DNA of 56,729 nucleotides from an uncultured Alphaproteobacteria bacterium (GTDB lineage: Bacteria; Pseudomonadota; Alphaproteobacteria; Rs-D84). Position numbers and translations under genes: made by a program. Shown one piece after another: positions 44,585 through 51,947 of this stretch. The stretch spans positions 1-56,729 of the forward strand of contig CAJGDN010000001.1 in NCBI GenBank assembly GCA_904502245.1. The letters are read 5' to 3'. The number at the start of each line of letters is the position of its first letter. Positions within the stretch are counted from its first letter, which is position 1. The notes beneath the pieces were generated by a model. The model worked only from the letters and a program-made list of their open reading frames with translations, was not told the DNA's origin and did no database searches.

Positions 44585-45657
44585 TGAAGAAGATTCAGGC
44601 GATTTTTTCTTTGTTATTTATCGTTGGAACCCCTGTTCTTGGGGCCAGCGAGTTGTCCAAGATTAATGCACAAATAAAGCAGACAGAACAACAAAACAAA
44701 AAATTAGAACAGCAGGTTAAAACATCTGATCGCGAAGTGTCGCGTACCAAAAAAGATTTGGTTCAGGCGGCAGACAGGGTTAGTTCCCTGGAAGAACAGC
44801 GTGCAGAAATGGCCAAGAAAATTGAAGAACTGGATGCGAAACGTGATGCAATAAATCGTGAAATGGATGCGAATCGGGGGCGCGTCGCGGATGCGGCTGC
44901 CAGTATTTTGTTTGTAGCATCACATCCCAGTTTCGATTCGGAGAGTATGCGTGAATATGTCTTGACATCGGCGATTTTATCAGGGGTTGCAGACAGATTA
45001 GACGAAGATATTGAACGCGCCCAGCAGCAAATTAAGGATTTAGAAAAAATCCGTGAACAGCGTGCTATTGAAAAAGAAAAATTGGACAGAACTGCGAAAA
45101 AATATGCAAAACAAAAAACAGAATTGGATAAATTGCTGAAAACACGCAGTGCGCAGAACGAAAAATTGAAAAGTCAACATTCTGCATTACAGAAAAAATT
45201 ACGTGATTTATCAGCCAAGGCAAAAAGTATTTCGGAATTGTCTGCGGGTGTTGGCAGTTCTGAAATGTCAGCAGATGCGCATTTTTCACGTCGAAAATTG
45301 AACCTGCCGGTGCGTGGGCGTGTGGTTGTGCGATTCGCAGAAAAGACTGCGTTGGGATTAAAGTCAGACGGATGGCGTGTTCGTACGCGTGGTGACGCAT
45401 TGGTTATGGCACCGGCAGATGGGGTTGTTAAATTTGCCGACAGTTTCCGTGGTTTTGGACGCGTGGTTATTATGTCGCATAAGAATGGTTATAATACCGT
45501 TATGACAAATTTGGGTAATATTGATGTTATGCTGGGGCAAGAGGTTTTAGCCGGTGAACCAATTGGGCGTATGAATCCTGATAAACCGGAAATGTATCTG
45601 GAAGTGCGCCGCGGAAACAAGGCTGTTGACCCCGCACGATTGTTCAAAGAAGATTAA
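44584..45657 (+). CDS. EnvC-like coiled-coil protein with degenerate LytM (M23) domain
   Basis: Signal peptide, long coiled coil, C-terminal LytM fold (GWRVRTRGDALVMAPADGVVKFADSFRGFGRVVIMSH) lacking the HxxxD / HxH metal ligands (MYLEVRR instead of HLHFE). Its ATG overlaps the tyrS stop. Confidence 0.72.
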   Translation: MKKIQAIFSLLFIVGTPVLGASELSKINAQIKQTEQQNKKLEQQVKTSDREVSRTKKDLVQAADRVSSLEEQRAEMAKKIEELDAKRDAINREMDANRGRVADAAASILFVASHPSFDSESMREYVLTSAILSGVADRLDEDIERAQQQIKDLEKIREQRAIEKEKLDRTAKKYAKQKTELDKLLKTRSAQNEKLKSQHSALQKKLRDLSAKAKSISELSAGVGSSEMSADAHFSRRKLNLPVRGRVVVRFAEKTALGLKSDGWRVRTRGDALVMAPADGVVKFADSFRGFGRVVIMSHKNGYNTVMTNLGNIDVMLGQEVLAGEPIGRMNPDKPEMYLEVRRGNKAVDPARLFKED

Positions 45658-45683
45658 AAAAACGCCATATGGGCGTTTTTTAT
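45655..45683. terminator. bidirectional terminator (envC-like / polA)
   Basis: A7 - acgcc-atatg-ggcgt - T6. It overlaps both stop codons. Confidence 0.75.
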
Positions 45684-48445
45684 TTTCCCCATATTGGTGC
45701 AATGACGTATTCTGCAACCAATGGAACAGACAGTTTAACAATGGTTTCCATTGTTTCTTTGATTTTATGCGCAAATTCATCGCTGTATTCTGATTTGCAT
45801 TCGAATACAATTTCATCATGCACCTGCATAATCATGCGAATTTTATCACAGTTTGGTTTGATGATATTATTTGCAATTTCAACTATTGCACGTCGCATTA
45901 GATCGGCTTCAAATCCCTGGATTGGTGCATTGATTGCGGCACGCATTGCATAGGCGCGCAGGCGCGGATTTTTTACTTCTGGTAATTCAATACGGCGTCC
46001 CCAGGGGGTATAAACACATGCGTGTTCTGTTGCAAATTTCTTTGTACTTTCAATGTATTCATTTATTTCTGGCAGGCCAGACATATATGAATCGATTATA
46101 TTTTTAGCTTCGCTGCGTGAAACATTCAATTGTGCGGCCAGGCCGAACGAAGATATCCCATAAATTATTGAAAAGTTTATGGTTTTTGCAGCGCGACGTA
46201 AATCACGTGGAACGGGCTGATTGTTGTCTATATTAAATATCTTGCGTGCGGTTTGTTCGTGAATGTCAGAACCATTATTAAATGTGTCGCGGAATGTTTT
46301 TATCCCAGCAATATCTGCCAGCAGACGCAACTGAATTTGTGAATAGTCAACAGATATCAGCATGTGACCAGGGGCGGCAATAAAACATTTCCTGATTTCT
46401 TCGCCCAGGGCTGTTTTAATTGGGATGTTTTGCAGGTTTGGATCGCGACTGGACAGGCGGCCGGTATTGGTGCTGGTTTGTAAATATGTTGTATGAATAC
46501 GGCCGTCTGATGCAATTTGGTGCGGCAATGCGTCTGCGTATGTTCCGGCCAGTTTTGCGATTGAACGCCAGTTTAGTATTTTTTCGATGATTGGATGTGC
46601 GTCAATTAATTCGTTTAATGAATCTGCATCTGTTGAACGCTTTTTATTTGCGGGCAGATTTAATTCATCGAATAACACGACCCCCAGTTGTTTCGGGCTG
46701 GCGATATTAAATTCGTGTCCGGCGTGTTGCCATATCTCGTTGGCCAGATCTTGCATCTTTTCATGAAATATGGTGGACAGTTGATTTAATTTATTTCGGT
46801 CGACCATTACGCCATTGCGTTCAATTTGCATCAATATTGGCATCAGGGGCAGGTCACACGTTTCGTACAGGTGCCGCAGTTCTGGTTTCTGGTTTAATTC
46901 TGGGCGCATTAAGTCGTACAGTGCGCGACAAATGCATGCGTCTTCGGCCGCATATTGGCATGCATCGTCAATTGTCAGGAATTCAAAGTGCATATCTGCA
47001 TCACGTGTTTTGGGTGGAAACAGCGATGAAAATTTTATATTTTCATGTCCCAGATATTTTAAGGCCAATTCGTCCAGACCATGTCCATGTAGTGTACCAT
47101 GTAATATATATGACAGCAGCATCGTGTCATCAATTGGTGATATTTGCGTGGTGTCCCATCCTTCGTTCGCCATTATATGCAGGTCGTATTTCAGATTATG
47201 GCCAATTTTTATAATGTCGTGATTGGTTAATACAGGCCACAGGTATTTATAAACGGTGTTCAGCGGTAACTGGTTTGGTGCATCTGTTTCGCTGCCAAAC
47301 AGGTCGTCTGATTTTGTGCGGTGGCGAATTGGAATATATGCGCCGTCTGTATCATTTACCGCCAGTGAAATTCCAACAATTTTGTCAGTTATTGGATTCA
47401 GACCAGTTGTTTCGGTGTCAATCGCCAATACTTTATCAATTTTAGCCAAATATTTTTGCAGTGCATCAACGCTGATGATAGTTTCGCATTTTATTTCGCG
47501 TTTTTTCTGTGTGGGGGCGATTGGGGTATCTGGGATTTCACATGCGTTGCCTGGGAATTTAAATTCCAGTGGTGCGGTTGCAAATTTTTCAATTGGGAAT
47601 AATTTTTCAATTTTTGTTGCCAATGAATTGCTTTCCACCTGGGTACGAATAAATTCCAGGGCAGATGGTGTATTGAAAACAAATGGTGTTAATTTCAGTT
47701 CTGATAAGTCAACATCTGTTTTTAATGTTACCAATTGTTTTGAGATATATGCCATTTCGCGATTGTCGCGCAACAGGTTGCGGATACGTTCGTTTTTGAC
47801 CGCATCCAGGTTTGCATATAATTCATCCAGTGTGCCAAATTGATTAATCAGTTCGGCTGCTTTTTTTGGGCCAATGCCTGGAACGCCGGGGACATTATCG
47901 GATGAATCGCCCATCAGCGATTGGACATCAATAACCTGGGATGGGGTTACACCAAATTTTTCGTGTACGGCGTCTTCGCGGATTTCACGCTGTTTCATAC
48001 CGTCATACAGATATACGCAATCGGATACCAATTGCATCAGGTCTTTGTCACTGGTGATAATTCGTGTGGCGTTTGTGCGTGTGCAGTTTTGGTGCGCCAA
48101 TGTCGCGATAACATCATCTGCTTCGACCCCGGGAACACATAAAACCGGTACGCCCATTGCCATCAGGCCTGATTGAATCATTTGTCCCTGGGTAATCAGG
48201 TCGGCAGGTGTTTCACTGCGGTTCATTTTGTATTGAGGGTATATATCCTGGCGGAATGTGATGCGGGATGCGTCAAAAACACATACGAATTCGTCATCAG
48301 GTTTGGCAGATGCCAAAATCGGCAGAATCATGTTCATAAATCCGTATACTGCACCAGTTGGCGTGCCATCGCTGCGGGTCAGGCGACTGTGTACGCCATA
48401 ATATGCACGAAATAATAACGAATTCCCATCAATCAGTGTCAGCAT
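45680..48445 (-). CDS. polA: DNA polymerase I
   Basis: ATG at 48445 (MLTLIDGNSLLFRAYYG, 5'-nuclease domain). 3'-5' exonuclease region (AIDTETTGL). Polymerase motifs DYSQIQLRLLA, RRAAKTINFSIIYG and QVHDEIVFE. Confidence 0.93.
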   Translation of the reverse strand: MLTLIDGNSLLFRAYYGVHSRLTRSDGTPTGAVYGFMNMILPILASAKPDDEFVCVFDASRITFRQDIYPQYKMNRSETPADLITQGQMIQSGLMAMGVPVLCVPGVEADDVIATLAHQNCTRTNATRIITSDKDLMQLVSDCVYLYDGMKQREIREDAVHEKFGVTPSQVIDVQSLMGDSSDNVPGVPGIGPKKAAELINQFGTLDELYANLDAVKNERIRNLLRDNREMAYISKQLVTLKTDVDLSELKLTPFVFNTPSALEFIRTQVESNSLATKIEKLFPIEKFATAPLEFKFPGNACEIPDTPIAPTQKKREIKCETIISVDALQKYLAKIDKVLAIDTETTGLNPITDKIVGISLAVNDTDGAYIPIRHRTKSDDLFGSETDAPNQLPLNTVYKYLWPVLTNHDIIKIGHNLKYDLHIMANEGWDTTQISPIDDTMLLSYILHGTLHGHGLDELALKYLGHENIKFSSLFPPKTRDADMHFEFLTIDDACQYAAEDACICRALYDLMRPELNQKPELRHLYETCDLPLMPILMQIERNGVMVDRNKLNQLSTIFHEKMQDLANEIWQHAGHEFNIASPKQLGVVLFDELNLPANKKRSTDADSLNELIDAHPIIEKILNWRSIAKLAGTYADALPHQIASDGRIHTTYLQTSTNTGRLSSRDPNLQNIPIKTALGEEIRKCFIAAPGHMLISVDYSQIQLRLLADIAGIKTFRDTFNNGSDIHEQTARKIFNIDNNQPVPRDLRRAAKTINFSIIYGISSFGLAAQLNVSRSEAKNIIDSYMSGLPEINEYIESTKKFATEHACVYTPWGRRIELPEVKNPRLRAYAMRAAINAPIQGFEADLMRRAIVEIANNIIKPNCDKIRMIMQVHDEIVFECKSEYSDEFAHKIKETMETIVKLSVPLVAEYVIAPIWGK

Positions 48446-48463
48446 GTAAATCCCCAATCTTTA

Positions 48464-49015
48464 TTAAAATACATAGCGTAATTTTACGCGTCCGTCATAT
48501 TGCAGGAATTTAACGTCATTGTCTGCAATCTTGAACATATTTGGTGCGTACAGGGCGCGACCTTCGATGTCAATATTAAATGGTAATGCAGGCAGGCTTA
48601 AAGTCACGCCTAGCATACCCTGGTATGCCAAGGTGTCATCAATTTTTGTTTCCGGCAGATTATGTGGTGTGTATTTTGCGTCAAAGGACATACCAATACC
48701 TGCGCCAATGTATGGTTTTAGAATTGGTGTCGGAATTTTAAAGTATGCGTTTACCATGCCGAAATTGCTGGTAATTTTGGCAGAATCCAGATAATTATAT
48801 TCTAATTCAATGCGGAACAGTGGAATGTCCATGCCTAAGACTGCGCCGTATGAAGTGGAAGATTTTGAAATATCTTTGTCATCGGTGAAAATTGTTTGCC
48901 CGCCAATACCGTATGTGCCGCCCATGTAAATATCAAATAACAAGTTTGCATTTGCAGTGCCAGTGGTCAGCATGATTGCAGTTGCAGATAATACAGCAAA
49001 AGATTTTGGGTTCAT
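48464..49015 (-). CDS. small outer-membrane beta-barrel protein (OMP_b-brl / OmpW-Opa-like)
   Basis: ATG at 49015 after AAGGAG. Signal peptide MNPKSFAVLSATAIMLTTGTANA, alternating beta-strand pattern, C-terminal RYVF. The 312-aa ORF-track version runs antisense into pth and is rejected. Confidence 0.7.
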   Translation of the reverse strand: MNPKSFAVLSATAIMLTTGTANANLLFDIYMGGTYGIGGQTIFTDDKDISKSSTSYGAVLGMDIPLFRIELEYNYLDSAKITSNFGMVNAYFKIPTPILKPYIGAGIGMSFDAKYTPHNLPETKIDDTLAYQGMLGVTLSLPALPFNIDIEGRALYAPNMFKIADNDVKFLQYDGRVKLRYVF

Positions 49016-49060
49016 GTTTTCTCCTTTGTATGATATTATAATAAAAAAAGGGTATTTGGT

Positions 49061-49582
49061 ATGCAAGAAAATAAACCGTTTTTGATTGTTGGACTGGGCA
49101 ATCCCGGTGTGCAATATGAACGCACACGTCATAATGTTGGATTTATGGCAGTTGATGCATTGGCGGGGATGGACGCCATGTGGCGCAGTGAAAAAAATGC
49201 ATTGACCGCGCGTGTAGATATTGATGGGCGACGTGTGATTTTTGTTAAACCCCAGACGTTTATGAATAACAGCGGCATGGCGGTTCAGGCATTGATGACA
49301 TTTTATAAGATACCATTGGAAAATCTGATTGTAATCCATGATGACATGGATATTCCTGTTGGGGATTGCCGCGAAAAAATTGGTGGGGGCAGTGCGGGGC
49401 ACAATGGAATTAAATCAATTGATGCGCATGTTGGTCGTGAATATCGCAGAATTCGAATTGGTATATCGCACCCGCGTGATTTTGGTCTGCCAATGGATGC
49501 GGCGGATTGGGTTCTGGGGAAATTTGGCACGGTTCAGATTGATATGGTGCGTGGTGCAATTGATGGAATAAAACTGTTTTAA
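49061..49582 (+). CDS. pth: peptidyl-tRNA hydrolase
   Basis: FLIVGLGNPGVQYERTRHNVGFMAVD, DDMDIPVG and GHNGIKSI motifs. Confidence 0.92.
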   Translation: MQENKPFLIVGLGNPGVQYERTRHNVGFMAVDALAGMDAMWRSEKNALTARVDIDGRRVIFVKPQTFMNNSGMAVQALMTFYKIPLENLIVIHDDMDIPVGDCREKIGGGSAGHNGIKSIDAHVGREYRRIRIGISHPRDFGLPMDAADWVLGKFGTVQIDMVRGAIDGIKLF

Positions 49583-49608
49583 AAAATCCCCAAATTGGGG
49601 ATTTTTTA
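49581..49608. terminator. bidirectional terminator (pth / Cys-rich operon)
   Basis: A6 - aatcccca-aat-tggggatt - T-run. Confidence 0.75.
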
Positions 49609-49620
49609 TGGTTCTTTTTA

Positions 49621-51927
49621 TTATTTATAAATATAATATTTTTGTTCGGGGTTAGATTCGGTTCCTGGCAGGGTAAAGCAACTGTTTTTGCTGTTACAGA
49701 ATTTGATGCCGGAATTTCCTAATGTGAAAAAACATTCTGTTACTGCCGTTGCGCCAGTATATGAAGTTGTGCCGGGGGGGCATTGGGTTTCTTTGGTTGC
49801 GCCTTCTTCTGAAACATAATATCCCTCTTTGGCATCGGTGCATTTGGATGTCTTTTTATAGTATAATTCGTACGTGTCGCTGTTGTATTGGCCACTTGGG
49901 CAATCTTTTATATTGTCATCGGTAAGATACTGCCCCGAATAAACAGTCGCATAGCAGTCAGTTATGTATGTTGCGCCCGTGTGGGATTCGGTATAGGGGG
50001 CGCGGCATTGGGAGCTGCCACCGGTTCCGTCGAAGTAAACAGGGGTGCCACCCGTACAATAATATTGCTCGGGGCATGGGGTTTGGCCCGCGCCAGCATT
50101 GGCGACATAGTAGCCAGTGTAGGTTGTCAGATAGCAGCCATCTATGGATGTTGCGCTCGCCGCGGAATAGGGGTAGACGCCGCTTGTTTCAGCGTCGCAT
50201 GATTTACATTGAGTATTCATATCATCATAATAATATCCTGCGGAGCATCCGCTGGAATTTGGCTTGCACAGGTTGTTGACTATGCCGGCTTCAAACGTTG
50301 CTGTTTCCCATGATGATACGCCAGTACTGTATGCGCAGTCTTCATTACATGAAGTTTGGCCGATACCGCTTGTTGTTGTGCCACTTTGACATGCTGTGCA
50401 TGCAGATTTGCCCGTTTTGTCGGTATATGACCCCACGGGGCATGGGGTTTGTCCGGTTGCGCCATCTCCTGAAACATAATGTCCCTTTTGGGCATCGGTG
50501 CATTTGGATTGGCCCGGTTGGTCGGTATATGACCCCGCGGAGCATTTGGTTGGTTTGGTTGCGCCTTTGTTTGGGACATAATATCCCTCTTTGGCATCGG
50601 TGCATTTGGATGTGTTGTTATAGGATAAAGTGAGCGTGTTGCTGTTGTATTGGCCAGTTGGGCAATCTTTTATATTGCCATCGGTAAGATACTTCCCCGG
50701 ATTAACAATCGCATAGCAGTCTTTTTTGGATGTTGCGTCCGCATCGGAATAGGGGTAGAGGCCCTGTGTTTCATCGCTGCATGATGCGTCTCCTCCGACT
50801 GCTTGGTATTTAATATTGAAGCCACCCGTACAATAAGAGTTCGCGGGGCATGGGGTTTGGCCCGCGCCAGCATTGGCGACATAGTAGCCAGTGTAGGTTG
50901 TCAGATAGCAGCCATCTATGGATGTTGCGCTCGCCGCGGAATAGGGGTAGACGGTGGGGCATGGGGTTTGTTCGGTTGCGCCATCTTTTGAAACATAATA
51001 TCCCTCTTGGGCATCGGTGCATGCAGATTGGCCCGTTTGGTCGGTATATGACCCCGCGAGGCATTGGGTTTGTCCGATTGCGCCTTTGTTTGGGACATAA
51101 TATCCCTCTTGGGCCGGGGTGCATTTTGTCCCATCGCTGGAAAAATGTCCTTCGTCACATTGTTTACATTCTTGGCCGTTTGGTTCATATCCAAGTTCGC
51201 ATGATTTGATTTTGCATTTTCCGCCTGTTTCCCATTCGTATACATTTTCGCTGTTTGTACAATCGGTACAGGATGTGAAATCATCATTAGATGTTGTGCC
51301 AACTGGACATTCTGCGCATCCGGATGTCTTGTTATAGTCTAAAGTGTACATGCTGCTGTTGTATTGGCCAGTTGGGCAATCTTTTATATTGCCATCGGTA
51401 AGATACTTCCCCGGATTAACAGTCGCATAGCAGTCAGTTATGCCTGTTGCGCCCGTGTGGGATTTGGTATAGGGGGCGGGGCATGATTCACATTGATTAT
51501 TCCCATCATGATAATATCCTGCGGCGCATCCGTCGGATTTTGGCGTGCACAGTTTTGTGACTATGCCGGCTTCAAACGTTGCTGTTTCCCATTCTGATAC
51601 GCCAGCACTGTTCTTGCAGTTTGCCTCACATGAAATTTGGCCGGTGCCGTTTGTTGTTTTACCACCTGTACATGCTGTGCATTCATATTGGCCCGGTTCG
51701 TTGGTATATGACCCCGCGGGGCATGGTTTACAAACGGGGTCGTCTAAAGTACAATATTGGCCTGCATCGCACTGACATGTTATGGTTGTATCCGAAGTAT
51801 CGGTGCCATCTCCGGTTTCTTGTTCTAATTCTGTCGCAGTAGAATGTGCGGGGGCGGTCAAAATTGCCGGAAAAAATACAGCGCATATTCTGATGAAGAA
51901 TGCAAATATTTTTAATGTTTTTGGCAT
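49621..51927 (-). CDS. secreted, highly repetitive cysteine-rich protein with ephrin-receptor-like / GCC2_GCC3-type repeats (768 aa)
   Basis: Signal peptide ...ILTAPAHS. Many units such as CKPCPAGSYTNEPGQYECTACTGGKTT, CLAGSYTDQTGQSACTDAQEGYYV and CSAGSYTDQPGQSKCTDAQKGHYV. About 2.5-3 copies of a ~250-aa super-repeat. Confidence 0.75.
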   Translation of the reverse strand: MPKTLKIFAFFIRICAVFFPAILTAPAHSTATELEQETGDGTDTSDTTITCQCDAGQYCTLDDPVCKPCPAGSYTNEPGQYECTACTGGKTTNGTGQISCEANCKNSAGVSEWETATFEAGIVTKLCTPKSDGCAAGYYHDGNNQCESCPAPYTKSHTGATGITDCYATVNPGKYLTDGNIKDCPTGQYNSSMYTLDYNKTSGCAECPVGTTSNDDFTSCTDCTNSENVYEWETGGKCKIKSCELGYEPNGQECKQCDEGHFSSDGTKCTPAQEGYYVPNKGAIGQTQCLAGSYTDQTGQSACTDAQEGYYVSKDGATEQTPCPTVYPYSAASATSIDGCYLTTYTGYYVANAGAGQTPCPANSYCTGGFNIKYQAVGGDASCSDETQGLYPYSDADATSKKDCYAIVNPGKYLTDGNIKDCPTGQYNSNTLTLSYNNTSKCTDAKEGYYVPNKGATKPTKCSAGSYTDQPGQSKCTDAQKGHYVSGDGATGQTPCPVGSYTDKTGKSACTACQSGTTTSGIGQTSCNEDCAYSTGVSSWETATFEAGIVNNLCKPNSSGCSAGYYYDDMNTQCKSCDAETSGVYPYSAASATSIDGCYLTTYTGYYVANAGAGQTPCPEQYYCTGGTPVYFDGTGGSSQCRAPYTESHTGATYITDCYATVYSGQYLTDDNIKDCPSGQYNSDTYELYYKKTSKCTDAKEGYYVSEEGATKETQCPPGTTSYTGATAVTECFFTLGNSGIKFCNSKNSCFTLPGTESNPEQKYYIYK
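50071..50179. repeat. 109-bp perfect direct repeat, copy 1 (intragenic)
   Basis: ggggcatggggtttggcccgcgccagcattggcgacatagtagccagtgtaggttgtcagatagcagccatctatggatgttgcgctcgccgcggaataggggtagacg is identical to 50845-50953. Confidence 0.85.
50641..50707. repeat. 67-bp perfect direct repeat, copy 1 (intragenic)
   Basis: gctgttgtattggccagttgggcaatcttttatattgccatcggtaagatacttccccggattaaca is identical to 51355-51421. A diverged third copy lies near 49880-49960. Confidence 0.8.
50845..50953. repeat. 109-bp perfect direct repeat, copy 2 (intragenic)
   Basis: Identical to 50071-50179, offset 774 bp (in frame). Encodes PYSAASATSIDGCYLTTYTGYYVANAGAGQTPCP. Confidence 0.85.
51355..51421. repeat. 67-bp perfect direct repeat, copy 2 (intragenic)
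   Basis: Identical to 50641-50707, offset 714 bp (in frame). Encodes VNPGKYLTDGNIKDCPTGQYNS. Confidence 0.8.
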
Positions 51928-51947
51928 ATTATTTATTCCCTTTTATT

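Noticed and set aside
44584-45657. Active M23 peptidase call
   Set aside because: The LytM domain lacks the HxxxD and HxH zinc ligands (MYLEVRR in place of HLHFE). It was therefore called an EnvC-like activator rather than an active endopeptidase. This is ordinary for this family and is not reported as a finding.
49016-49402. N-terminal 128-aa extension of the 48464-49402 ORF
   Set aside because: The extension is antisense to pth and His/Cys/Ile-rich nonsense. The internal ATG at 49015 has a perfect AAGGAG SD and yields a signal peptide, so the gene was shortened to 48464-49015.
49621-51927. Regularly spaced repeats that could be mistaken for a CRISPR array or a mobile element
   Set aside because: The repeats are in frame inside one long ORF and encode Cys-rich protein modules. 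The spacing (714 and 774 bp) and lengths (67 and 109 bp) are not CRISPR-like. No cas genes, inverted repeats or transposase are present.
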